Below, piece by piece: positions 1 to 8,786 of a stretch of DNA of 64,000 nucleotides. The DNA lies in assembly GCA_963737905.1 (NCBI GenBank), contig CAVTUQ010000008.1, forward strand, positions 160,001 to 224,000. Direction: 5' to 3'. Position 1 is the first letter of the stretch. Every line of letters starts with the position of its first letter. The translations under genes and the position numbers were made by a program. The DNA is from an uncultured delta proteobacterium (lineage in GTDB: Bacteria > Desulfobacterota > Binatia > UBA9968). The notes under the pieces were generated by a model that saw only the letters and a program-made list of their open reading frames with translations, made no database searches and was not told the DNA's origin.

Positions 1-1
1 G

Positions 2-523
2 CGGCGCTACGCATCGCGCACACCAAAGATTTCAATCACCGCTGAAGACGACTGGGTCAAGGCCTCGTATGCACAGATGTTCGCCTTCCACGATAAAATG
101 ACGCGGGAGGAACGCAAGATCTGGTCTCTGCGGCAATACGAAAAATATATTCGCCTGATGCATGGGGGAGCCGAGACCCTGGGCATTAAGAGCCTTTTTC
201 TCATTCAACCGATCCCAGGTTGGGGAAAGCCTCTCACGGAGCGCGAAAGGACATTCGCTCGGGGCACTGACCAGGCACTTTACAAAGAGATGACCGACCA
301 CCTGGTGGGTCTGCGCGCGCAGTTTGGGATCCCAGTGTACAGCCTGCTCGACGTGTTTCGAGGCACGAAGGAAGAGATCTACAAAGACCAGGCCCATGTC
401 AATGAATTAGGCAATGAGATCATGGCCAGACGAGTCGCAGATTTGATTGCGGAGGTTTGGGGCTGGCCACGTAAGCGGGTGCAACAGCCTGCCACAGAAG
501 GCTTGAGAAACGGACCACCTTGA
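2..523 (+). CDS. SGNH/GDSL-hydrolase-like protein, C-terminal part (truncated by window start)
   Basis: Frame is open from position 2. It ends with the block-V-like motif IYKDQAHVNELGNEIMARRVAD (DxxH). Confidence 0.6.
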   Translation, partial: RRYASRTPKISITAEDDWVKASYAQMFAFHDKMTREERKIWSLRQYEKYIRLMHGGAETLGIKSLFLIQPIPGWGKPLTERERTFARGTDQALYKEMTDHLVGLRAQFGIPVYSLLDVFRGTKEEIYKDQAHVNELGNEIMARRVADLIAEVWGWPRKRVQQPATEGLRNGPP

Positions 524-879
524 CTCGGGGGGTCAATATCCTGGGTTTGCTACCGTGAAAGCCATCGGAAGAAGGTAGCCTAAGCTAAACTCTTCTCGTG
601 GATCGTCGGAACCCCTAACAGTCAAATCATTTCCATCAATGATCTACCTGCGAGTTGCGCACTACCCGAACTGGGAGCAACGGGGTGTTGGCGTGTGGAC
701 AAGAGATCAGCGAGTCTGCCTGCGGGACGGAGTATCAAGCCTTTGCCTTTGTTGCGGAGTGGGAAGTCTGGTAGGAACACAAGTTGTACTGATCCTGACT
801 TTACGGCGGATAATAGCTGTATGGGGACCAATCGACAAGTAGGTGGATATGAGTGATTGTAAGGGTCGGAGATGACAGG

Positions 880-1160
880 GCTGCCCCGTGGGCCAGCGTT
901 TCAGGGGTTCGGGTCTGGCGGATCAATCAGACTCATCCGCTTTGTGTTGAATCCGGATTTTAGAGAGAGGAAGTTTGTGGTACTGGATGTGGTGGGAGCA
1001 AGGACATAGTAGTGTCGGGCAGGGAGACAGCAGGACTTGCGAGAGGGCCGGCGTTTCAGCTTTTTGACGGAGGTGGAAACTTGCTAGTGACGCAGTTTGT
1101 TCTCAACTCAGATAGGATTCTCGTTCAAACCCAATTCGTGCTCAATCCGGATTTCTAGAG
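880..1160 (+). pseudogene. Degraded remnant of a surface-protein repeat module ('FVLNPDF' repeats)
   Basis: Broken frames encode IRFVLNPDF (~935-962), IVVSGRETAGLARGPAFQLFDGGGNLLVTQFVLNSD (~1006-1113) and LVQTQFVLNPDF* (1120-1158). Confidence 0.55.
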
Positions 1161-1174
1161 TGCGGTCCAGGACA

Positions 1175-3766
1175 ATGATACGACGCTGGGTTTTTATTTT
1201 TGCTACGGTTCATATTCTGGCTGTGAGCTCCACAAACGCGCAGACCGGCAAGGATGGACCCATGGCCAAACTAACCCACAACCTGGTCCTTCTATATGCG
1301 CAGCATGCTGCTCCTCTGGCACAACGTAGCGCGGCGCCATTCAGCTCCAATGACTCTTTGGTCACACTGGTCGATGATCGAGTCCTGGTTGATGCCGTGG
1401 CGTCTGGGGACGTAAACGTTCTCAAATCCGATTTGGTTTCCCTCGGAATGCAACAGGTCGTCTCCTTTGGCCGCATTGTTTCCGGTCAGCTGCCTATATC
1501 TGCCATTCCTGCCGCGGCGGGACTCGCAAGCCTAAGATTCGCGCAGCCTTCGGCGGCAATGACTAATGTGGGGATAGTGGCAAGCCAAGGCGACCAAGCT
1601 ATGCGCGCTAACATAGCCCGAACGATGGTCGGAGTTGATGGGACCGGAATTAACGTCGGGGCGCTTTCAGATAGCTTCAATTGTTTGGGCGGCGCTGCGG
1701 CGGACGTGGCCAGTAACGACCTTTCGCCAGTAACTGTCATCCAGGAGATTTCGAACTGCGCTGACGCCACCGACGAAGCTCGGGCTCTGCTGCAAATCGT
1801 CCATGACATCGCCCCGGGCGCCAATCTTTCTTACGCAACAGCATTCAACGGAATAGCTTCTTTCGCTGCGAACATTCAGGCCCTTGCAGCAGCCGGAGCG
1901 AAGGTGATTGTTGATGACGTATTGTATTTCGCCGAGCCGATGTTCCAGGATGGCATCATCGCCCAGGCGGTTAACAGCGTTGTCGCTGGGGGCGTTGCTT
2001 ATTTCTCTGCGGCAGGAAATCAAGCACGGCAGAGCTATCAAAGCGTCTTTAGGGCGGGTGATTTTTTCGCGGATGGTGCCTTTCCTTCGACTCTCGGCGC
2101 GCCTTCCTTCCTCGGTGGTATTGCACACAATTTCAATTCCAGTGGCGGCAAGAATCATTTCCAAAGCATCACGATTCCCGGGCTGACTACCCTTCGCTTC
2201 AGTCTTCAATGGGACTCGCCGTTTTTCTCGGTCAGTGGCTCCCCAGGAACCGAGAATGATCTGGACATCTACCTGTTGGATGCCTCTGCGACCCAAGTCC
2301 TTGCTGGTAGCGCATTTAATAATGTCGGAGGCGATGCAGTCGAGGTCCTTGGAGTGCGTAACAATGGGACAGCTCCGGTTACTGTCAAGCTCATGATTGT
2401 GAAGCATTCGGGCGCAGACCCGGGCTTGATAAAATATGTCTACTTCGGGCCTGCTACGATAAACGAATTTGATACGCGGAGTGGGACGATCTTTGGCCAC
2501 GCAAACGCTGTGGGTGCCGAAGCGGTGGGGGCTGCTCGATACTCTAACACCCCCGCCTTTAGTGTTTTTCCGCCGATCTTGGAGTCCTTCTCTTCATCCG
2601 GGGCGACTCCCATTCTTTTTGACCTAGCGGGCAACCGGCTTGCGACGCCTGATTCCCGTTCCCCAAAGCCAGAAATTGTAGCTCCGGATGGTGTCGATAC
2701 GACATTCTTCGGCTCCGATACCGATGGGACTGGATTCCCGAATTTCTTTGGGACCTCCGCCGCGGCGCCTCATGCGGCAGGCGTGGCTGCGTTGCTTTTG
2801 GAAGCTAAGCCGACCCTGGCTCCGTTCAAACTTTATGCGGCCCTCGAAAAAACGGCCATCGATGCGGGGCCACCGGGTTTCGACAGCGAGTCGGGATTTG
2901 GTCTCGTTCAAGCGGACGCAGCCCTTGAATCTCTTAGAAATCACCCCGCGGGTGACTTTGATGGTGATGGCAGGAGCGACATAGGAGTTTACCGCGACGG
3001 GGCATGGTTTATATTTCGCTCTTCGGATCGAGGAGCGACAGTAACGGGTTGGGGAGGGCTAGCCCAAGACATACCGGTACCCGGAGACTACGATGGGGAT
3101 GGGAAGGCCGACATTGCGGTATACCGGGACGGCACGTGGTATATACTGCGCTCTTCGGATGGGGTAGCGACCGTGACGACTTGGGGAGGTTTAGCACAGG
3201 ACGTACCGGTGCCAGCGGACTATGACGGGGATGGGAAGACGGACATTGCAGTGTATCGCGGTGGGGGTTGGTTTATTGTTCGATCTTCGGATGGAGCAGT
3301 ATTCGTTGTGGGTTTTGGAGGGCTAGCCCAGGACATACCGGTACCCGGAGACTACGATGGGGATGGGAAGGCCGACATTGCGGTATACCGGGACGGCACG
3401 TGGTATATACTGCGCTCTTCGGATGGGGTAGCGACCGTGACGACTTGGGGAGGTTTAGCACAGGACGTACCGGTGCCAGCGGACTATGACGGGGATGGGA
3501 AGACGGACATTGCAGTGTATCGCGGTGGGGGTTGGTTTATTGTTCGATCTTCGGATGGAGCAGTATTCGTTGTGGGTTTTGGAGGGCTGGCCCAGGACAT
3601 ACCGGTACCAGCGGACTATGATGGAGACGGGAAGACGGATATCGCGGTGTACCGGGATGGGATCTGGTATGCTTTGCGTTCCTCAGACGGTGTGCAGACG
3701 GCGATAGCATGGGGCGGAGCACCACAGGATATACCGTTAAATTGGTATTGGCGTCCAAAGAACTAA
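1175..3766 (+). CDS. Secreted S8 subtilase-like protease with C-terminal six-repeat FG-GAP-like module
   Basis: Signal peptide from ATG 1175 (MIRRWVFIFATVHILAVSSTNA-Q). Motifs SDSF, DEARALLQIVHDIAPGA, SAAGN and FFGTSAAAPHAAGVAALL. Six D(F/Y)DGDGKxDIxVYR repeats. Confidence 0.9.
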   Translation: MIRRWVFIFATVHILAVSSTNAQTGKDGPMAKLTHNLVLLYAQHAAPLAQRSAAPFSSNDSLVTLVDDRVLVDAVASGDVNVLKSDLVSLGMQQVVSFGRIVSGQLPISAIPAAAGLASLRFAQPSAAMTNVGIVASQGDQAMRANIARTMVGVDGTGINVGALSDSFNCLGGAAADVASNDLSPVTVIQEISNCADATDEARALLQIVHDIAPGANLSYATAFNGIASFAANIQALAAAGAKVIVDDVLYFAEPMFQDGIIAQAVNSVVAGGVAYFSAAGNQARQSYQSVFRAGDFFADGAFPSTLGAPSFLGGIAHNFNSSGGKNHFQSITIPGLTTLRFSLQWDSPFFSVSGSPGTENDLDIYLLDASATQVLAGSAFNNVGGDAVEVLGVRNNGTAPVTVKLMIVKHSGADPGLIKYVYFGPATINEFDTRSGTIFGHANAVGAEAVGAARYSNTPAFSVFPPILESFSSSGATPILFDLAGNRLATPDSRSPKPEIVAPDGVDTTFFGSDTDGTGFPNFFGTSAAAPHAAGVAALLLEAKPTLAPFKLYAALEKTAIDAGPPGFDSESGFGLVQADAALESLRNHPAGDFDGDGRSDIGVYRDGAWFIFRSSDRGATVTGWGGLAQDIPVPGDYDGDGKADIAVYRDGTWYILRSSDGVATVTTWGGLAQDVPVPADYDGDGKTDIAVYRGGGWFIVRSSDGAVFVVGFGGLAQDIPVPGDYDGDGKADIAVYRDGTWYILRSSDGVATVTTWGGLAQDVPVPADYDGDGKTDIAVYRGGGWFIVRSSDGAVFVVGFGGLAQDIPVPADYDGDGKTDIAVYRDGIWYALRSSDGVQTAIAWGGAPQDIPLNWYWRPKN
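3053..3609 (+). repeat. Near-perfect 264-nt tandem duplication (two FG-GAP units per copy, ~2.1 copies)
   Basis: ggagggct(a/g)gccca(a/g)gacataccggtacc recurs at 3053, 3317 and 3581, and the intervening sequence is essentially identical. Confidence 0.9.
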
Positions 3767-4051
3767 TGTAACTCGTTCAAACCAGGTTTCTGCTAAATCC
3801 GGATTTCCAGAGCGATTGATTCCCGCGAGTGTGTCGCCTTCCCAGTTTTAGTAAAAAGCTTCCGAAACAAAATGGTCCTTTCAAAGGATCAGTGACCAAC
3901 GGCACGTACCGTATCGAGTCGAGAGAGGGAAAGGTGTAACGCTCGCATAGTTCTAACACACAAAACATAGTTTTTCCTAGACGTATCTGCAGGTGTAAAG
4001 TAAAATATGAATCATTAATCTTTTACAGGTAGACCGGAGGATCAGTCTTTT

Positions 4052-5719
4052 ATGAAAGAGCGACTGGCGGCTTGGACGTGGGTCGTCGCTGTATCGATTA
4101 TAGTCTTCGCAATTTCGCCCGCTCATGCGGGGGGCATTCTGTACTCTATTTCTCGTGATGATGACTTACTTAGGCGAGTCAATCCTTCAACCGGGACCAC
4201 AATATCGAGCGTGGCAATCACGTTGGCGGGAAGAGGGGTCTCATTTGGGAATGGGCTTGCCACTCACCCGATGACCGGAAAGCTCTTCGCCCTGCTCAAA
4301 TTGGATGGTCAAACTGGACGGCAGTTGGTGACGATCAACCCTACTACCGGCGTTGCCACAAGTATTGGTGATACCGGGGATCAGTTTGCTGGACTAGCCT
4401 TCAATTCAAGCGGAACCCTATATGGCGTAATAGGTGACAAGAAAAACGCTGCTGGGGGAGGCTTACCGGCCGAGACTCTGTTCATGCTGAACACTTCGAA
4501 CGCTGCGCCCACACAAGTGTTGGTTTTGGGGCGTGGTAACGACGGAGAAGCAATTGGTTTTAATCCCAATGACGGTCTCATCTATCACGCATCCGGAAAC
4601 GATACAGGAGGGGATGGCTGTCAGCCGTTTAATCCGTCTATCTGTGTAGAGATCTTTGAATCGATAAATCCCAATACTCTTGCAGTAACGAATCTCCCGC
4701 TCTCAGGTGATTACACGCCATTGTCGGAAAATTATGTCGAAATATCAGCGATGACCCATGACTCTGGCAATGTTTTGCTACTCGCAGACATCGATCAAAA
4801 TTTCTATAGAATCACCAGTACGGGTGTCGTGACTTTTGTGGGCAATATGGATCACGTTTCAAAAGGGCTTGCCTTCATTTCCAAGCCCTCTATTGACTTT
4901 GATGCAGACGGCAAAAGCGATATTGGAATCTACCGGAATGGAATCTGGTATATTCTCCGATCCTCGGATGGCGGAGTAACAATAACGGAATGGGGTGGGT
5001 TGGCGCAGGACATACCGGTACCCGGAGACTACGATGGGGATGGAAGGACAGACATTGCCGTGTATCGAGGTGGTGGATGGTTTATTTTACGATCCTCAGA
5101 CGGTGGGATGACAGCGATAGGTTTTGGTGGGTTGACGCAGGATATACCGGTACCTGGGGACTATGACGGGGATGGGAAGGCGGACATTGCCGTGTATCGA
5201 GGCGGTGGATGGTATATTTTACGATCTTCAGACGGTGGGGTGACAGCGATAGGTTTTGGCGGGTTGGCGCAGGATATACCGGTACCTGGAGACTACGATG
5301 GGGATGGAAAAACAGACATAGCGGTGTATCGAGATGGCTTGTGGTTTATTCGGCGTTCTTCAGACGGTGTGCAGACTGTGGTGGGTTGGGGAGGGACGAT
5401 GCAAGACATACCGGTGCCGGCGGACTATGATGGGGATGGAAAAAACGACATAGCGGTGTATCGAGGAGGACTATGGATTATCCTGCGGTCCTCGGATGGA
5501 GGAGTGACCGTGATGGGATGGGGTGGGGTACAGGACATGGTGGTACCGGCAGATTACGATGGGGATGGCAAGACAGACATTGCGGTATACCGAGACGGCT
5601 TGTGGCTTATCTGGCGTTCTTCAGATGGGATGCAGACCGTAGTGGGTTGGGGAGGACTAGCGCAGGACATACCACTAACTAAGTGTAATTATTTCTATCC
5701 AAGCTGCGTCCTGAATTAG
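4052..5719 (+). CDS. Secreted beta-propeller-like protein with C-terminal six-repeat FG-GAP-like module
   Basis: Signal peptide ending AHA-G. Propeller-type blades (GLATHPMTGKLFA, GLAFNSSGTLYG, IGFNPNDGLIYH). Six DxDGDG repeats of ~44 aa. Confidence 0.85.
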   Translation: MKERLAAWTWVVAVSIIVFAISPAHAGGILYSISRDDDLLRRVNPSTGTTISSVAITLAGRGVSFGNGLATHPMTGKLFALLKLDGQTGRQLVTINPTTGVATSIGDTGDQFAGLAFNSSGTLYGVIGDKKNAAGGGLPAETLFMLNTSNAAPTQVLVLGRGNDGEAIGFNPNDGLIYHASGNDTGGDGCQPFNPSICVEIFESINPNTLAVTNLPLSGDYTPLSENYVEISAMTHDSGNVLLLADIDQNFYRITSTGVVTFVGNMDHVSKGLAFISKPSIDFDADGKSDIGIYRNGIWYILRSSDGGVTITEWGGLAQDIPVPGDYDGDGRTDIAVYRGGGWFILRSSDGGMTAIGFGGLTQDIPVPGDYDGDGKADIAVYRGGGWYILRSSDGGVTAIGFGGLAQDIPVPGDYDGDGKTDIAVYRDGLWFIRRSSDGVQTVVGWGGTMQDIPVPADYDGDGKNDIAVYRGGLWIILRSSDGGVTVMGWGGVQDMVVPADYDGDGKTDIAVYRDGLWLIWRSSDGMQTVVGWGGLAQDIPLTKCNYFYPSCVLN

Positions 5720-6473
5720 TCTGTCCGTATGCCCGCGGCAGCGAAGACCGGACATCAATAAGATTCTTTATGGCTCCAAGACTGGCATCATCACCATGAT
5801 GCTTGTCCTCTTAGGACTCGGATTCGGGTTTGTTCATCGCGTCGTTAACACCGCAGAGATCCCAGGGGCTATTGTTAGTCTGTCTGACCCCCAAACGGTG
5901 CGGGACAAGAAAAATGAACTATCCAGACAGGGCGGTCAAAATCAGACCGCTGTGGCAAACCGAATAGCACTCAATTTATTCGAGGATGTTTTTTTCTTGA
6001 GAACATCTTGCCATGAGTGCGACAGTCTGATTAATTTGAAAATCTTTCACGTTTCCCAGCCAGCAGACTAGCTTCAATTTATCATCCATTTAATCCAGTT
6101 AGTAATATCAAACCGGGCAGATCGGGATCAGCCGCAGTTGGCTTCTTTCTCGTTATATCTAGCATTGTCCGGCCGGCACTAGAAATTCACCGGCTCACGG
6201 GTCTCGAGGCAGGGGAAGATTGTTGCCGACTGAGTCGAGCGACTTCTACGGCCCTAAGTCTTGGATTTGGGAAAGCACGATTTCGTCGATCGTTGATCAA
6301 GTTTGTAGGCTAGAGCCTTTTCGAACTGTGTTTGTCTTTGCTGAATCATTATGGATTTATGAGGTTTTGAGGCAGTCACCGCACGGTATAGTATTTGCGT
6401 GACCCTCCCGGGATCACGCGCGTCCTTTACTTCAAGCAGCGAAATAATTCCTCGCGAGATCGAAACACGTTGA

Positions 6474-6566
6474 TCGGCTGACAAAGGCAAACCACCTGAA
6501 AAGGTGGGACGCAAAGCCACTGGCCTAAAGCCTGAGTATCGGGCTACGGTAGCAGGGTTGCCAGGC
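6474..6566 (+). ncRNA. c-di-GMP-I (GEMM) riboswitch
   Basis: GGCAAACC-ACCT-GAAA-AGGT-GGGACGCAAAGCC-ACTGGCCTAAA...ACGGTAGCAGGGTTGCC matches the GEMM-I consensus (GNRA loop, receptor, G20 and C92 equivalents). It ends ~55 nt upstream of CDS 6620. Confidence 0.93.
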
Positions 6567-6619
6567 GAGCACGAGTCTTCTTTAGGCTTCGTGATACGCA
6601 GCAGCCTGAGGAGGACAAA

Positions 6620-8467
6620 GTGAGTTTTAATCGGAAACTTCTCAAATATTTTATCCTGATTTTCCTCTTCCTTCTTACGGCTCTGACCTGGCAGAGCCAA
6701 GCCAGCGCCGGCCAACTCCAACTAGCTTGGACCGATAATTCCAATAATGAAGATGGTTTCAAAATCGAACGAAAGTTGGGCACAACGGGAACGTTTAGTC
6801 AGATTACCACCGTGGGAGTCAACGTCACTTCTTATATTGATGCAAATCTCACCGATGGAGCTACTTACTGTTATCGGCTGGCGGCTTTTAACTCAGCCGG
6901 CACTTCAGCCTACAGCGCTGAGGGATGCGCCACCGTAAAATCGACGCTATCAATAACCAAGATCGGCAGCGGAACGGTAACCAGCAGTCCAGCTGGTATC
7001 AATTGTGGCAGCGACTGCTCGGAGCCTTACCTTAGCAGCACGATAGTCACTTTGAGCGCCACTGGTGCAGCGGGTTTCGTGTTCGCCGGTTGGAGTGGCA
7101 ACTCCGATTGTACCGATGGTTTGGTCACTATGAATTCGAGTAAAACGTGCACCGCGACATTTAACGCTGCATCTCAAACGTTCGCACTTACTGTCAAACT
7201 AGTAAAAGCAATCACCGGCGCTGGGACCGGCAATGGCACTGTGACCAGCAATCCCGCAGGGATTAATTGTGGTAACGACTGCTCCGAGTCTTACACGGCC
7301 GACACCGCAGTCGTTCTGAATGCCGTCCCGGCAGCCGGCTCCACCTTTTCCGGCTGGAGCGGTAGTGGTTGCAGCACTGGTTCGGTGACCATGAACGGCA
7401 ATAGAACGTGTACGGCTACCTTCAACGCTGTAGCTGTGCAGACGTTTGGCCTTTCTGTAAAAAAAGCAGGGACCGGCACTGGGACTGTCGCCAGCAGTCC
7501 CGCCGGTATCAACTGCGGCAGCGACTGCTCGGAGTCTTACACGACCGGCACCGTAGTCGTTCTAAATGCCATCCCTGCGGCCGGCTCGGTCTTTTCTGGC
7601 TGGAGTGGCAGTGGTTGTAGCACCGGGTCGGTTAGTATGAGTGGGAGTAGATCCTGCACGGCGGTGTTCAACAGCCAAGCCATCCAGGTCGCCCGGGTCG
7701 GTATTTTTCGTCCCAGTATTAGTGGATGGTATCTGGATAACGGTAATGGTGCTTGGGACGGATGTGGAGTGGATGCCTGTTTCGCGTTCGGAACGTTAGG
7801 GGATGTGCCGGTGCCACGCGATTACGATGGGGATGGGACGGTAGACGCTGCGGTATATCGCGATGGCATGTGGTATGTTCTTCGATCATCAGATGGTGGG
7901 GTGACAGCGGTGGGGTGGGGCCTGGGCGAAGATAAGCCGGTGCCGGCAGACTATGATGGAGACGGAAAGGCAGATATCGCGGTATATCGCGATGGCATGT
8001 GGTACGTTCTCCGGTCAACCGACGGGGGTGTGACAGTGAGGGGTTGGGGCTTGGCCCAAGACGTACCGGTGCCGGCAGACTATGATGGAGACGGAAAGGC
8101 AGATATCGCGGTATATCGCGATGGCATGTGGTACGTTCTCCGGTCAACCGACGGGGGTGTGACAGTGAGGGGTTGGGGCTTGGCCCAAGACGTACCGGTG
8201 CCGGCAGACTATGATGGAGATGGGAAGGCCGACATTGCGGTGTACCGAGGTGGCTTATGGCTTATTCTTCGGTCATCGGATGGAGAGGCGACAGTGAGGG
8301 GATGGGGTGGAATGACGGAAGATATCCCGGTGCCGGCGGATTACGATGGAGATGGGAAGAAGGATATCGCAGTATATAGAGACGGAGGATGGTTCATATT
8401 GAGGTCCTCCGATGGTGTTCCGGTAGTGATAAATTGGGGAGCAGCAGGGGATGTACCGATCAACTGA
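6620..8467 (+). CDS. Secreted adhesin-like protein: FN3 domain, three divergent InlB-B/Flg_new-like repeats and FG-GAP-like module
   Basis: Signal peptide ending ASA-G. FN3 motif LAWTDNSNNEDGFKIER...YCYRLAAFNSAG. Three GxVxSxPAGINCGxDCSE...FxGWSG repeats. Five canonical plus one degenerate FG-GAP repeat. Confidence 0.88.
   Translation: MSFNRKLLKYFILIFLFLLTALTWQSQASAGQLQLAWTDNSNNEDGFKIERKLGTTGTFSQITTVGVNVTSYIDANLTDGATYCYRLAAFNSAGTSAYSAEGCATVKSTLSITKIGSGTVTSSPAGINCGSDCSEPYLSSTIVTLSATGAAGFVFAGWSGNSDCTDGLVTMNSSKTCTATFNAASQTFALTVKLVKAITGAGTGNGTVTSNPAGINCGNDCSESYTADTAVVLNAVPAAGSTFSGWSGSGCSTGSVTMNGNRTCTATFNAVAVQTFGLSVKKAGTGTGTVASSPAGINCGSDCSESYTTGTVVVLNAIPAAGSVFSGWSGSGCSTGSVSMSGSRSCTAVFNSQAIQVARVGIFRPSISGWYLDNGNGAWDGCGVDACFAFGTLGDVPVPRDYDGDGTVDAAVYRDGMWYVLRSSDGGVTAVGWGLGEDKPVPADYDGDGKADIAVYRDGMWYVLRSTDGGVTVRGWGLAQDVPVPADYDGDGKADIAVYRDGMWYVLRSTDGGVTVRGWGLAQDVPVPADYDGDGKADIAVYRGGLWLILRSSDGEATVRGWGGMTEDIPVPADYDGDGKKDIAVYRDGGWFILRSSDGVPVVINWGAAGDVPIN
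7937..8220 (+). repeat. Perfect 129-nt tandem repeat (~2.2 copies) within the FG-GAP module
   Basis: ccggtgccggcagactatgatggaga starts at 7937, 8066 and 8195. Confidence 0.9.
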
Positions 8468-8688
8468 TCCCTTAAAATATGAGTACCTTGGAGCCCTTGT
8501 TGCTCTAATTGGAACCGCTTGTAGGTGATTCGAATATCAGCATTGCTCTCTTTGCCTTCCGTGTCCCGACGCCGAGGTGACGGACCCGCCTTCGCTAAAC
8601 TAGCTGCGCCGCCGACTTTACTGACGCTGGGACGACCCGAATAAGAAAAGAGCCCTTCGCGCGAACTCGATTACACCGGCTCGCTTGT

Positions 8689-8716
8689 TTGACATCCAGA
8701 TCGCGGGCACGATACT
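8689..8716 (+). promoter_or_regulatory. Putative sigma70 promoter of the 8787 gene
   Basis: TTGACA-N16-GATACT, ~70 nt upstream of the ATG. Confidence 0.5.
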
Positions 8717-8786
8717 TTAAAATCTTCGGCGGTTATAACATAAAGCTAGCAACCTGTTAGCTAGCTGTTATCACCGCCGCTATCCA

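Noticed and set aside
5796-6402. Short ORFs 5796-6071 and 6220-6402 as genes
   Set aside because: No recognisable motifs or clear RBS; probably intergenic or decayed sequence.
6474-6566. cGAMP-sensing (GEMM-Ib) riboswitch variant
   Set aside because: The position equivalent to nucleotide 20 is G (aaaGGCaaacc), the canonical c-di-GMP state.
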